Shown: piece after piece, positions 54,988 to 64,000 of the stretch
How the letters are laid out: the number at the start of each line of letters is the position of its first letter
How positions within the stretch are numbered: the stretch's first letter is position 1
From: Aquificaceae bacterium
GTDB taxonomy: Bacteria; Aquificota; Aquificia; Aquificales; Aquificaceae
Assembly: GCA_037925075.1 (NCBI GenBank)
Contig: JAXSNR010000002.1
Location: 576,001 to 640,000, forward strand
Length of the DNA: 64,000 nt
Direction: 5' to 3'
Notes under the pieces: model-generated
The model's input: the letters and a program-made list of their open reading frames with translations, nothing else
Database searches by the model: none
What the model was told of the DNA's origin: nothing
Program-made: the position numbers and the translations under genes

Positions 54988-56403
54988 ATGAAAAAGGCTT
55001 TTATACTTCTTGGAGGTATATTTAGCTTTGCCTTTGCACAGGAAAGCCTTGAAAGTCTAAAACGCCAGCTTGAGGAACAAAGGAAGCTCATACAGGAGCT
55101 TGAAAAAAAGATTCAGGCTATGGAAAAGTCCCAACAGGCAAAACCAGAAGAAAAACCACAGCCAGCGGACAGAAGCCTTCAACTGAGGGCAAAGTTTGAC
55201 GAAAGGCTAAGGGCTTACCAGATCTCACCCTTCAGGCAAACCGCCTTCCTTCCCGATATATCTTTCATAATGGACTTTTCCGCAGTTGCAAGGAACAGAA
55301 AGGACGAGGAATACAAAGAGCTTGAAATTCCCAGACTTTGGCACAGGGACGAACACAAAGACCACGGACACGGTATTCTCAACGAAAAGCGGGGCTTTAA
55401 CCTCAACTACGGAGAGCTTTACCTTTATGCACCGGTAGACCCATACTTTGACCTTTATGCGACCATACCCTTCTCAGAGGAAGGTGCCAAGATAGAAGAA
55501 GCTTACGCGGTCACAAGAGGTCTTCCCGGAGGCTTCCAGCTAAAGGTGGGCAAATTTAGAAGTGGCTTTGGAAGGCTAAACGTACAGCATCCGCACGCAT
55601 GGGATTTTAGCAACGCACCACTACCCAACAAGGTTTTCTTTGGTGATGATGGTCTTACGGAAAAGGGCATAGGCGTAAGCTGGCTTGCACCCACACCCTT
55701 TTATCTTCTCCTTGGTATGGAAGTGCTTCAGGGAGAAAATGAACAGAGCTATGGATATAAGGGCTTTACCATAACTGACCCCAACGACCCAAACAACACC
55801 TTTGAACTTGGGGACAAGCCAGTGCCAAACCTTTATTTGGGTTATGTGAAAACCTCCTTTGATGTGGGAAAGCTTTCACTTCTTACGGGACTTTCTTACG
55901 CCCAAGGGAAACACAGGCACTCTCACGAAGACAGCGGATTGGACGCCAAGACTAAGCTTTATGGCCTTGACCTTACCGCAAGGTATCAGATAGACAGCGT
56001 AAGGTATGTGGCATTTCAGGGGGAGTACATGTACAGGGACCAAAAGGGCACAGAGTATAGCTTTGACAACGCAGGCAATCTGACCACAGAAAAGGTTAGC
56101 AAAAAGCAAGCGGGCTTTTATGCTCAACTGGTTGCCAGATTCCACAAGCAGTGGAGGGCTGGAGTTAGGTACGAGCTTATAAACAAGAACGATGTAAAGG
56201 TGGGTGCCAACCCCGTATGGGCACCGGACAACCTTCCCGCCTACTACGCCATGCTTGAATACACTCCCACTGAGTTTTCTCGTATAAGGCTTCAGGTGGG
56301 TGAAAACAGGGCTTTTTATCAAGGACAAACCAGAAAACCAGTTAAGGAAGTCATACTTCAGTTCAACTTTGCCATAGGAGCTCACGGTGCCCATCCCTTC
56401 TGA
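54988..56403 (+). CDS. Outer-membrane porin-like beta-barrel associated with metal (Zn) uptake
   Basis: Signal peptide, coiled coil, His-rich loops, PVDPYF, GKFRSGFGRLNVQHPHAW, TEFSRIRLQ, C-terminal IGAHGAHPF. Confidence 0.8.
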   Translation: MKKAFILLGGIFSFAFAQESLESLKRQLEEQRKLIQELEKKIQAMEKSQQAKPEEKPQPADRSLQLRAKFDERLRAYQISPFRQTAFLPDISFIMDFSAVARNRKDEEYKELEIPRLWHRDEHKDHGHGILNEKRGFNLNYGELYLYAPVDPYFDLYATIPFSEEGAKIEEAYAVTRGLPGGFQLKVGKFRSGFGRLNVQHPHAWDFSNAPLPNKVFFGDDGLTEKGIGVSWLAPTPFYLLLGMEVLQGENEQSYGYKGFTITDPNDPNNTFELGDKPVPNLYLGYVKTSFDVGKLSLLTGLSYAQGKHRHSHEDSGLDAKTKLYGLDLTARYQIDSVRYVAFQGEYMYRDQKGTEYSFDNAGNLTTEKVSKKQAGFYAQLVARFHKQWRAGVRYELINKNDVKVGANPVWAPDNLPAYYAMLEYTPTEFSRIRLQVGENRAFYQGQTRKPVKEVILQFNFAIGAHGAHPF

Positions 56404-56410
56404 GAATTTT

Positions 56411-56428
56411 TGGGGGCTTTTGCCCCCA
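56411..56428 (+). terminator. Hairpin after the porin gene
   Basis: TGGGGGC-TTTT-GCCCCCA then TGCTTTTT. Confidence 0.6.
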
Positions 56429-56676
56429 TGCTTTTTGATCAGCGTTGGAAGACTTTGCGATGAGTGCGCCAAAATTCTTTATTTAGACACCGCCATGCTT
56501 TACCCTTATTTCGCCGGCTCGTGCAACTTATATTCTGGTTTTACCAGACACTTTCCTTCTCTGTGTATGAATCTCAAGCCAACACCTCCTAATCTACTCC
56601 AATACAAAGCCACCCTTTCCCATGGGTGTTTCCCTTTGTACCCTCATATTGGATGATTACAAGGAGGCAACAAACC

Positions 56677-56871
56677 ATGTTTAAAAGAGCCTTTGTCAAA
56701 ACCTTACCTCTTATGCCTTCTTTTGGTGCCTTTGGCTACATGTCCTCCTGTGCATGTGGGCAATGCCCTGCGTGTGTTGGCTCTTCCGCGGTGGTGGTGG
56801 GTATGGCAGTTTATTTAGGTACCAAAAGGCTTTTAAGCTTCAAAATAAGCAACAGGAGGTGTAAGCCATGA
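56677..56871 (+). CDS. Cys-rich membrane microprotein (64 aa)
   Basis: AAGGAGG RBS; CACGQCPAC followed by a TM segment; stop overlaps the SBP start (ATGA). Confidence 0.65.
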   Translation: MFKRAFVKTLPLMPSFGAFGYMSSCACGQCPACVGSSAVVVGMAVYLGTKRLLSFKISNRRCKP

Positions 56872-57752
56872 AAAGCCTTTTAGTTTTGTTTTTTCTTGGT
56901 CTTTCCTTTGCCTTTGGCCAGTTTAAAGTGGTTGCCACTTACTCGTGGATAGGTGAGCTGGTAAAGGAGATTGGTAAAGATAGAGTAAAAGTTTATACCG
57001 TAGCCCGCCCCGATGAGGACTTTCACTTTGTGGTGCCAAGACCTTCCCACATAGCCAAGTTAAGGGATGCGGACCTTGTGATCATAAACGGTGCAAGCTT
57101 AGAGATTGGCTTTTTGCCCCCACTACTTCAGCAATCCAACAACCCAAGGGTTCAGCCGGGAAAGGATGGCTTTTTGGACCTGTCTCAGTTTGTCCAGATA
57201 ACAGAAAAGCCCGAGAGGGTTTCAAGGGAAATGGGAGATGTACACCCAGAAGGAAACCCTCACTACATCTTTGACCCTCACCACATGCCCATACTCGCAA
57301 GGGCAATTACAGAGAAGATGTGTCAGTTGGACCAAAGGGACTGTTCTTATTATAGGTCCAACTTGGAGGATTTTCTAAAAAGATGGGATGGAAAGCTAAG
57401 GGAATGGGACAGGGAATTTTCCAAGCTGAAAGGCTTAAAGGTTATACAGTGGCACAAAACTTATAACTACCTTTTTGACCGCTATCAGATACAAAGGGCA
57501 GGCATGATGGAGCCTTTGCCCGGCGTACCACCCACCGCAAGGCATATAAACAGTTTGATAGAAAACTCAAAAAATAAAGGCGTCCAGTATGTTATCCTTG
57601 AGGGCTTTAGAAAAGGTGAAATAAGGACCGCCCAAAGGGTGGCGGAGGGAATAGGTGCAAAGGTGGTAATCCTTCCAAGTGATGTGGGGTCAGAGGGTTC
57701 AAGGAGTCTTTTTGATATGTATGAGATTATTCTCAAAAGGCTTTCACCATGA
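56868..57752 (+). CDS. Metal ABC transporter substrate-binding protein (ZnuA/TroA family)
   Basis: VVATY, DFHFVVPRPS, ADLVIINGASLE, GDVHPEGNPHY, EPLPGVPPT. Confidence 0.92.
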   Translation: MKSLLVLFFLGLSFAFGQFKVVATYSWIGELVKEIGKDRVKVYTVARPDEDFHFVVPRPSHIAKLRDADLVIINGASLEIGFLPPLLQQSNNPRVQPGKDGFLDLSQFVQITEKPERVSREMGDVHPEGNPHYIFDPHHMPILARAITEKMCQLDQRDCSYYRSNLEDFLKRWDGKLREWDREFSKLKGLKVIQWHKTYNYLFDRYQIQRAGMMEPLPGVPPTARHINSLIENSKNKGVQYVILEGFRKGEIRTAQRVAEGIGAKVVILPSDVGSEGSRSLFDMYEIILKRLSP

Positions 57753-58483
57753 TATGGGACCTTTTTCTTTCAAGCTTTTTGCTCTCTGTGGTGCTTGTGG
57801 GCATTCATGCCTACTTTGGCAGGGAGATAGTAAAAAGAGGCATAATCTTTGCGGACATTTCTGTCGCTCAGTTTTCTGGGGTGGGTATTGCTTTGTCTCT
57901 TGTGCTTTTTCATGGAGAATACACCCATGCCCTTTCTCTCCTTTTGGGGCTTTTTGCCAGCCTTCTTATTGCCCTCTCCCAAAGGTTAAAAGAGTACTCA
58001 GAAGCCTTTATAGGGCTTTTGTACGCCCTTGGATTTTCCCTTTCGGTTCTTGTACTGTCCTTTTCAGCCCATGGCATGGAGGAACTAAAAAAGCTTACAG
58101 CAAGCGACATACTCTTTGTAAGGCTTGAGGAGGTCCTCCGTACCGCCATCATATATGCATTTATAGGACTTTTGCTCTACCTTAGAAGATATCTAAGTGG
58201 GATGGCTTCTGAGCTTTCCTTCTTTGCCCTTTTTTCCCTTACCCTTGCCAGCTCTGTAAAGCTTGCGGGGGTGCTTGTGGTTTTTTCCTTGCTTGTTTCT
58301 CCCGCTCTTGTTTCTGTCCTTTTTAGAAGAGGTCTTATGTTTGCATGGATATGGGGGACCTTGTGGAGCTTTTTGGCTATAGCCCTTTCCTTCTGGCTTG
58401 ACCTTCCCACTGGCTACAGCCTTGTCTTTTTACAAGCCTTTGTAGGTCTGACCGCCTTTATGTTTAGGCTAATGAAAACTTAA
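57749..58483 (+). CDS. Metal ABC transporter permease (ZnuB family)
   Basis: GIHAYFG..IVKRGIIFAD, EAFIGLLYA, SVKLAGVLVVFSLLVSPA. Confidence 0.9.
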   Translation: MIWDLFLSSFLLSVVLVGIHAYFGREIVKRGIIFADISVAQFSGVGIALSLVLFHGEYTHALSLLLGLFASLLIALSQRLKEYSEAFIGLLYALGFSLSVLVLSFSAHGMEELKKLTASDILFVRLEEVLRTAIIYAFIGLLLYLRRYLSGMASELSFFALFSLTLASSVKLAGVLVVFSLLVSPALVSVLFRRGLMFAWIWGTLWSFLAIALSFWLDLPTGYSLVFLQAFVGLTAFMFRLMKT

Positions 58484-59766
58484 TTCCGTACAGGCTCGCC
58501 AAGCCAGAAGTACTCTTCCCTTTCTGGTCCCGTGGAAAGCATAACCACGGGCACCCCTAAGTACTCTTGTATGAAATCAATATATTCCAACGCCTGCGAT
58601 GGCATCATTGATAGGCTTTTTGCACCTCTTGTGTCCTTTAGCCATCCTTTAAAGGTCTTATATACGGGTCTTACCCTCTGAAGAAGGCTTAGGCTTGCGG
58701 GAAAGTGGTCTACGGTTTTGCCATCCACCTCGTAGGCAACGCATACCTTTATCTCTTCAAAGGTATCCAAAACATCAAGCTTTGTGATGATAAGGCCATC
58801 AAGGCCGTTTATATCCACCGCATGCTTGAGGGCAACAAGGTCAAGCCATCCGCAACGTCTTGGTCTTCCTGTGGTAGCTCCGTACTCTCCACCCCTTTCC
58901 CTGAGAAGCTCACCAAGTCCATCTTTAAGCTCTGTGGGAAAGGGACCTTCTCCCACCCTTGTGGTGTATGCCTTTGAAACAGCCCAGAAGCGGGCTTTTG
59001 AAAAGTATCTCGGTGGAAGCCCCGTACCGTTGGAAAGCCCCAAAGCGGAGGCATTAGATGAGGTCACGTAGGGATAAGTGCCCATATCAATGTCTAACAT
59101 GGTGCCCTGAGCACCTTCAAAAAGCACTCTACCTTCAAAGTTCAAAAGTAAGCGCGTAGTGTCTATTACCCTTTCCTTTATCTTTTTGTAGTTTTCCATG
59201 GTGCTTTCAAAGATCTCTTCCGCACTCATCTTATGGTTTTCGCAATAGACCTTTTCACACACCTCAGAGACAAACTCCATGTTTTCCTTTATAAGCCTGT
59301 AGGTTCTGTCTGGGTCCTCAAGGTCGCAGACCCTTATACCCTTCCTTCCGTACTTGAACATGTAAGAGGGTCCTATGCCCCTTAAGGTGGTGCCAATCTT
59401 ACCCCTTTTTTCAAAAAGAGAGTCAAGGAGTTTATGGTAGGCAAGCACAAGATGTGCCCTGTCGCTTATAAAGACCCTTTCCCATACCCTAAGCCCTCTT
59501 CTTTCAAGCTCTTCCATCTCCTTTACCAGAAGCTCCAAATCCACCACCATACCCTGTGCGACCACACCCACAGTATGCTCATGGAGTATGCCCGTAGGAA
59601 GCAAGTGTAGGACAAACTTTTCCCCTTTTACCATCACCGTATGCCCCGCGTTGCTTCCGCCTTGGTATCTCACCACCATGTCAAAGTCCGCGGAAAGCAA
59701 ATCCACCACCTTACCCTTTCCTTCATCGCCCCACTGGGCACCAAGTATTACAAGATGTTTTTTCAT
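58480..59766 (-). CDS. purA: Adenylosuccinate synthetase
   Basis: GAQWGDEGKGK, GGSNAGHT, GTYPYVTSS, EYGATTGRPRRCGW. Confidence 0.98.
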   Translation of the reverse strand: MKKHLVILGAQWGDEGKGKVVDLLSADFDMVVRYQGGSNAGHTVMVKGEKFVLHLLPTGILHEHTVGVVAQGMVVDLELLVKEMEELERRGLRVWERVFISDRAHLVLAYHKLLDSLFEKRGKIGTTLRGIGPSYMFKYGRKGIRVCDLEDPDRTYRLIKENMEFVSEVCEKVYCENHKMSAEEIFESTMENYKKIKERVIDTTRLLLNFEGRVLFEGAQGTMLDIDMGTYPYVTSSNASALGLSNGTGLPPRYFSKARFWAVSKAYTTRVGEGPFPTELKDGLGELLRERGGEYGATTGRPRRCGWLDLVALKHAVDINGLDGLIITKLDVLDTFEEIKVCVAYEVDGKTVDHFPASLSLLQRVRPVYKTFKGWLKDTRGAKSLSMMPSQALEYIDFIQEYLGVPVVMLSTGPEREEYFWLGEPVRN

Positions 59767-60869
59767 CCGATAGCTCCTTGAAGTTCTTCCACCTTTTCCC
59801 TTATGGCTTCAAGCAATTCTTTTATTCCCCAACCCTTTATAGCGGAAACTACCACAGACTTGCCCTCCATAAAGGCTGGCTCCGTTAGATACTTTATATC
59901 CTCTTCCCTTTCCACCACCTTGTCCGCCTTGTTAAAGACAAAGATAACGGGCTTATCCTCCACAGATAGGTCCTTGAGTATGTCTCTGACCACCTTAACC
60001 CTTTCAAGCCAGTTTTTGTCGGATATGTCTATCACATGCAATATTATGTCTGCTTCTTGAACCTCCTCCAAGGTTGCCTTAAAGGACTCTATAAGCTCAG
60101 GCGGTAGCTTTCTTATAAAGCCCACCGTATCGGTTATAAGGACCTTTATGTCTGGAAAAAGTAGCCTTGCGGAAGTGGTTGTATCCAGAGTTGCAAAGGG
60201 CATATCCGCCACTAAGGTTTCCCTGCCCGTCAGAATTTTCATCAAACTGGATTTACCCACATTGGTATATCCCACAAGGGCTACCTTTACCACCTTAAGG
60301 TCTCCCGAGCTTTCCCTTCTTTTTCTTTGTTCCCTTCTTTGCCTTTTTATGTCCTCAAGTTCTTCCCTTATCTGCTGTATTCTTCTTTTTATCCATCTTC
60401 TTCTTATCTCCGCCTCCTGCTCACCGGGACCCCTTGTCCCTACTCCACCACCAAGCCTTGAAAGTTCCTTACCCCTTCCATAAAGCCTTGGAAGTTCGTA
60501 GGTAAGTTTAGCCAACTCCACCTGTAGCTTGGCGGTCTTTGACCTTACCCTTCTGGAGAAAATCTCCAAAACAAGGTCAGCCCTATCCATTATCCTCTTT
60601 CCTATAGTCTTTTCAAGGTTTGCAATCTGTGAAGGACTTAAAAAGGCGTCAAATATGATTGTGTCCGCACCGGTTCCTTCGGCCACCTGTCTTATTTCTT
60701 CCACCTTTCCCGCACCTACATAATACCTTGGATCCGGATGAGCCCTTTTCTGGACTATGTAGCCTATGTACTTACCCCCAACAGCCTTTACGAGCTCCTT
60801 GAGTTCGCTCAGAAATTCCTTACTTTCCTGTTTATTATTTTCTATTAGGCTTACGAGGATGCTTTTCAT
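59763..60869 (-). CDS. hflX: GTPase HflX
   Basis: KLQVELA, GTRGPGE, VGYTNVGKS, FATLD, DTVGFI, NKAD. Confidence 0.97.
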   Translation of the reverse strand: MKSILVSLIENNKQESKEFLSELKELVKAVGGKYIGYIVQKRAHPDPRYYVGAGKVEEIRQVAEGTGADTIIFDAFLSPSQIANLEKTIGKRIMDRADLVLEIFSRRVRSKTAKLQVELAKLTYELPRLYGRGKELSRLGGGVGTRGPGEQEAEIRRRWIKRRIQQIREELEDIKRQRREQRKRRESSGDLKVVKVALVGYTNVGKSSLMKILTGRETLVADMPFATLDTTTSARLLFPDIKVLITDTVGFIRKLPPELIESFKATLEEVQEADIILHVIDISDKNWLERVKVVRDILKDLSVEDKPVIFVFNKADKVVEREEDIKYLTEPAFMEGKSVVVSAIKGWGIKELLEAIREKVEELQGAIG

Positions 60870-61081
60870 TAACCCCCTTGCACTATGGTGCTTATGGCAT
60901 GCTTGTATATAAGGTTTGGCTCACCTTCCACCTCAAGCAAGAGGGTGTACTTGTCATGGTCAAGCACCTTGCCCGTTATCCTGTTTCCTCTGGTCAAAAA
61001 CACGGTTATGGTGGCACTCTTTCTTTTAAGCTCCTCTATGTACTCGTCCTGTACGTTTGTATTCTTCTCCATAAACATCAT
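60869..61081 (-). CDS. hfq: RNA chaperone Hfq
   Basis: NVQDEY, VFLTRG, LIYKHAISTI; hfq-hflX synteny; GGAGG RBS before ATG 61081/61078. Confidence 0.9.
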   Translation of the reverse strand: MMFMEKNTNVQDEYIEELKRKSATITVFLTRGNRITGKVLDHDKYTLLLEVEGEPNLIYKHAISTIVQGG

Positions 61082-61166
61082 ACAAACCTCCATTATAAAT
61101 TATAAAACTTTTCTATCCAGTCAAGCGTATTATGATTGTATAATATATTACCGGGAGGTTAGCAAA

Positions 61167-62072
61167 ATGAAAGTGCTAATTATACTACTCCTAGCTACAC
61201 TCAATGCTTGGGCTTTATCTTCATTAGGGTGCCTCAAAAGACTTGAAGCTATGGAGTATCATTCCGCAATAGCTTACGGAGATAGGCTCATCCGTAATGG
61301 CATTGTAAATTATTCCACATACTTTTGTATAGGAAAGGCTCACTTTGAATTAAAAAATTACTCCCTATCGGCTACATATTTTGAACGTGCACGCCAAAAA
61401 GCAAAAGATAGTATAGAAAGGATGCTTTCCGCTTATTATTTGGGCAAAGCTTACGAGGAGTTAGGTGATTATACGAGAGCTATAAGAATATATACGGCTG
61501 TTTTACCTCTTGCAGATAAAATAAATTCAGGTTTTTCTCAGTCTTTAAAGCTTCAGCTTGCGGATCTTTATGAAAGAGTTAATAATATAGATGAAGCACT
61601 TGAAATATATTCAGGCATATTAGATAACGCCCATTCTGATAGTGAAAAACTTTTAATCTTTGAAAAAATGGGCGATATTATGGCGAAAAAAGAAAACTAT
61701 AACATGGCTATGGAAAATTATAATAAGGCTCTTATGCATGCAACATCTTTAAACAATATATTCGCACTAAGTAGGCTAAATGCTAAACTTGGAAAAATAA
61801 GTTCAGAACTTAAAGACTTTGACACCGCGATTGAACATTACAGAGAAGCCATAAATTATGCCAAATCTATCGGAAATAAGAAATTGCAAGCGGGTCTCTA
61901 CGAAAGACTGGCTATTGTATATATGATGAAAGCAGACTTTAGAGAGACTATAAGTAATTATGAGGAAGCTTTGAATTTATACAAAGAACTAATAGATACA
62001 AGTAGCATTATAAGAGTTCAAGAGAGGCTTGAAATTCTTAAAAGAGTTTTGGAACTTCGACGAGAATTATGA
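61167..62072 (+). CDS. Exported tetratricopeptide repeat protein
   Basis: Start MKVLIILLL at 61167 (GGAGG RBS); repeated TPR units; AT-rich. Confidence 0.85.
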   Translation: MKVLIILLLATLNAWALSSLGCLKRLEAMEYHSAIAYGDRLIRNGIVNYSTYFCIGKAHFELKNYSLSATYFERARQKAKDSIERMLSAYYLGKAYEELGDYTRAIRIYTAVLPLADKINSGFSQSLKLQLADLYERVNNIDEALEIYSGILDNAHSDSEKLLIFEKMGDIMAKKENYNMAMENYNKALMHATSLNNIFALSRLNAKLGKISSELKDFDTAIEHYREAINYAKSIGNKKLQAGLYERLAIVYMMKADFRETISNYEEALNLYKELIDTSSIIRVQERLEILKRVLELRREL

Positions 62073-63754
62073 ATTTAAACATAGCCTTAGCTCAAGTAAA
62101 TCCTAAATTAGGCTATATAGAAACAAATCTAAAAAAAATAGCCTCTTTTTGGGATAGGGCTGGGAGAGAAACCCATCTGGTTATCTTCCCTGAACTTGCC
62201 CTTTGTGGCTATCCACCGGAAGACCTCCTTTTGAGACTGGACTTTATAAGGTCCTGTGAAAAAGCCTTAGAAGAGCTAATAAAAATCTCCGAGCGTATGT
62301 CTTCTTTTCTTGTGGTTGGAACACCTTACTACGATGGAGACCTGTACAATGCCCTTGTGGTTGTGGGTAAGGGTCATATGCTGGGCATATACAAAAAGAC
62401 CTTCCTACCTAACTACTCCGTCTTTGACGAAAAGAGATACTTCAAGGCTGGAAAAGATCCCCTTGTTCTTGAAATTAACGGTGCAAGGGTTGGCTTTTCC
62501 ATCTGTGAAGATATATGGCATCCAGACGGATGGGAAAGGCTTTACGCTCTCTCGGGTTGTGAACTGCTTATAAACATAAATGCGTCACCCTACTATAGGG
62601 GAAAGTACGAATTTAAGGAGAGCTTTTTGAAAGCCAGAGCTCAGGACAACATAGCCTATGTGGTTTATGTGAATATGGTGGGAGGTCAAGATGAGCTGGT
62701 CTTTGACGGCAGGAGCCTTGTAATAGACCCAGAGGGAAAGCTTATGGCAAGGGCAAAAGCCTTTGAAGAAGACCTACTTTTTGTAAGCCTTGACATAGAA
62801 AGGGTCAGAATTAAAAGGCTTTTTGACTTAAGGCTAAGGGAGAAGGACACACAAAGAATAATGCCCGTAAGCCGGCATTACATGCAAGAAAAGGGGAAAC
62901 ATAAGCCGAAGATTGAAGAAAGCTCAAGAGAAGAGGAGGAGCTTTACGAGGCCATAAAGGTGGCAATAAGGGATTATGTTTATAAAAACTCCTTTCAAAG
63001 GGTTGTTCTTGGTCTTTCTGGGGGTATTGATTCTTCTTTGGTTGCTTGCTTGGCTGTGGATGCCCTTGGAAGGGATAAGGTGGTGGGCGTCTTTATGCCC
63101 TCTGAATTTACCTCCGCGCAAAGCAGGCAAGATGTGTATGAGCTTGCCAAAAATTTAGGCATAGAGCTTCTTGAGTATCCCATAGGTGAGGTGTATAAGA
63201 CTTATCTTCTTAGATTGTTCGGTTCAGAGGAGCTTACCGTGGCTGAAGAAAACCTACAAGCCAGAATAAGGGCAAACATACTTTTTTACCTTTCCAATAA
63301 ACACGGCTGGCTTGTGCTTTCCACTTCCAACAAGAGCGAATCCGCGGTAGGCTATACCACCATATACGGAGATATGGCTGGGGGCTTTGCCCCCATAAAG
63401 GACCTCTATAAAACATGGGTTTACAAACTGGCAAGGTACAGAAACTCCATAAAACCAGATATACCAGAGAGAGTTTTTCTAAGACCACCCACCGCAGAGC
63501 TAAGACCCAACCAGACCGATCAGGACACATTACCACCCTATGAAATTCTTGATAAGGTTTTAGAGCTTCACATAGAGGAGGGCATGGGCTTAGAGGAGAT
63601 TGTGGATCAGGGATTTGAAAGGGAAAGGGTTAAAAAAATCCTTGATATGGTCAGAAGGGCTGAGTACAAAAGAAAACAGGCACCACCGGGTCCGAAGCTA
63701 ACAAAAAGAGCCTTTGGCAAGGACTGGAGGATGCCCATAAGCGGTAGATACTAA
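62069..63754 (+). CDS. nadE: Glutamine-dependent NAD+ synthetase
   Basis: Nitrilase domain (FPEL, YKK, ICEDIW) plus GLSGGIDS, ENLQAR, NKSE, PTAEL, AEYKRKQ. Confidence 0.97.
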   Translation: MNLNIALAQVNPKLGYIETNLKKIASFWDRAGRETHLVIFPELALCGYPPEDLLLRLDFIRSCEKALEELIKISERMSSFLVVGTPYYDGDLYNALVVVGKGHMLGIYKKTFLPNYSVFDEKRYFKAGKDPLVLEINGARVGFSICEDIWHPDGWERLYALSGCELLININASPYYRGKYEFKESFLKARAQDNIAYVVYVNMVGGQDELVFDGRSLVIDPEGKLMARAKAFEEDLLFVSLDIERVRIKRLFDLRLREKDTQRIMPVSRHYMQEKGKHKPKIEESSREEEELYEAIKVAIRDYVYKNSFQRVVLGLSGGIDSSLVACLAVDALGRDKVVGVFMPSEFTSAQSRQDVYELAKNLGIELLEYPIGEVYKTYLLRLFGSEELTVAEENLQARIRANILFYLSNKHGWLVLSTSNKSESAVGYTTIYGDMAGGFAPIKDLYKTWVYKLARYRNSIKPDIPERVFLRPPTAELRPNQTDQDTLPPYEILDKVLELHIEEGMGLEEIVDQGFERERVKKILDMVRRAEYKRKQAPPGPKLTKRAFGKDWRMPISGRY

Positions 63755-64000
63755 AACCTATAAAGGAAACCTGCAAGAAAGCCGTAGTTAGTTTGTTTTT
63801 CGTGTTTGTTGAGGCTTTTGTGCAATCCAAAGCTAAGGTCCATACTCTTCGTTGGATGTAGGACCGCACCTATGAGAATATGCGTGTCTTTGCTCAAATC
63901 CCTTTCCTCTGGTATCAAATACTTTAACTCTCCACCTAAAGTCATCCAGTCCGTGGGATTGCCATACAGGTGGAGGATAACGCCGTAGGCGTCCCTTAAA
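63751..64000 (-). CDS. Partial (C-terminal part only) outer-membrane beta-barrel protein
   Basis: Amphipathic beta strands ending YGFLAGFLYRF*; frame runs off the window. Confidence 0.6.
   Translation of the reverse strand, partial: LRDAYGVILHLYGNPTDWMTLGGELKYLIPEERDLSKDTHILIGAVLHPTKSMDLSFGLHKSLNKHEKQTNYGFLAGFLYRF

Noticed and set aside
55876..56472. Long antisense and alternate-frame ORFs in the ORF track (e.g. 55876-56472, 17623-18120, 57679-58128)
   Set aside because: They shadow well-supported genes and lack RBSs and recognisable motifs.
56430..56660. Possible decayed gene between the porin and the microprotein (ORFs 56387-56656 + and fragments on -)
   Set aside because: No RBS, stops in the plausible frames and no recognisable family; I cannot support a call.
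60885..61166. N-terminal extensions given by the ORF track (TPR gene, dtd, HerA, glyS, pilA, leader peptide)
   Set aside because: They overlap neighbouring genes; downstream ATGs with an RBS or -10 element fit better.
63379..63395. Exact TGGGGGCTTTGCCCCCA hairpin inside nadE
   Set aside because: It encodes the conserved GGFAP motif of NadE, so it is probably coincidental rather than a terminator.
1..64000. CRISPR arrays, IS elements, prophage genes, rRNA
   Set aside because: No regularly spaced direct repeats, transposases, phage structural genes or rRNA-like sequence seen.

Overview
A gene-dense chromosomal window from what looks like an Aquificaceae thermophile (Hydrogenobacter/Thermocrinis-like, inferred from gene content). 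Housekeeping genes: mazG, queH, iscS/nifS, mrp, ornithine decarboxylase, tRNA-Arg(ACG), sod, lpdA, rimM, dinG-like helicase, moeA, coaE, dtd, secF, glyS, ppsA, tpx, mog, purA, hflX, hfq and nadE. It also holds a SoeABC-type sulfite dehydrogenase operon interrupted by a Uma2 gene, a large type IV pilus locus (pilMNOPQ, two pilins, a Maf-type glycosyltransferase, minor pilins, pilY1), four Uma2 copies, two apparently disabled HEPN/MNT pairs and a PLD-HerA fusion. The most striking signal is at 54.3-58.5 kb. An 88-aa leader ORF (signal peptide, His-rich/CxxC segment, C-terminal RAPP arrest motif) has RAPP codons that form a 13-bp helix with the Shine-Dalgarno of the next gene. It heads a SaoD/DsrE - porin - Cys-rich microprotein - ZnuA/ZnuB-like operon, so it is a candidate metal-sensing ribosome-stalling switch. 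Other leads: a membrane-anchored coiled-coil protein with a RelE-like C-terminus next to an eRF1-like gene, a catalytically degenerate PilT, and repeated 15-19 bp bidirectional leaderless promoters. All family assignments come from reading motifs by eye; no database searches were run.
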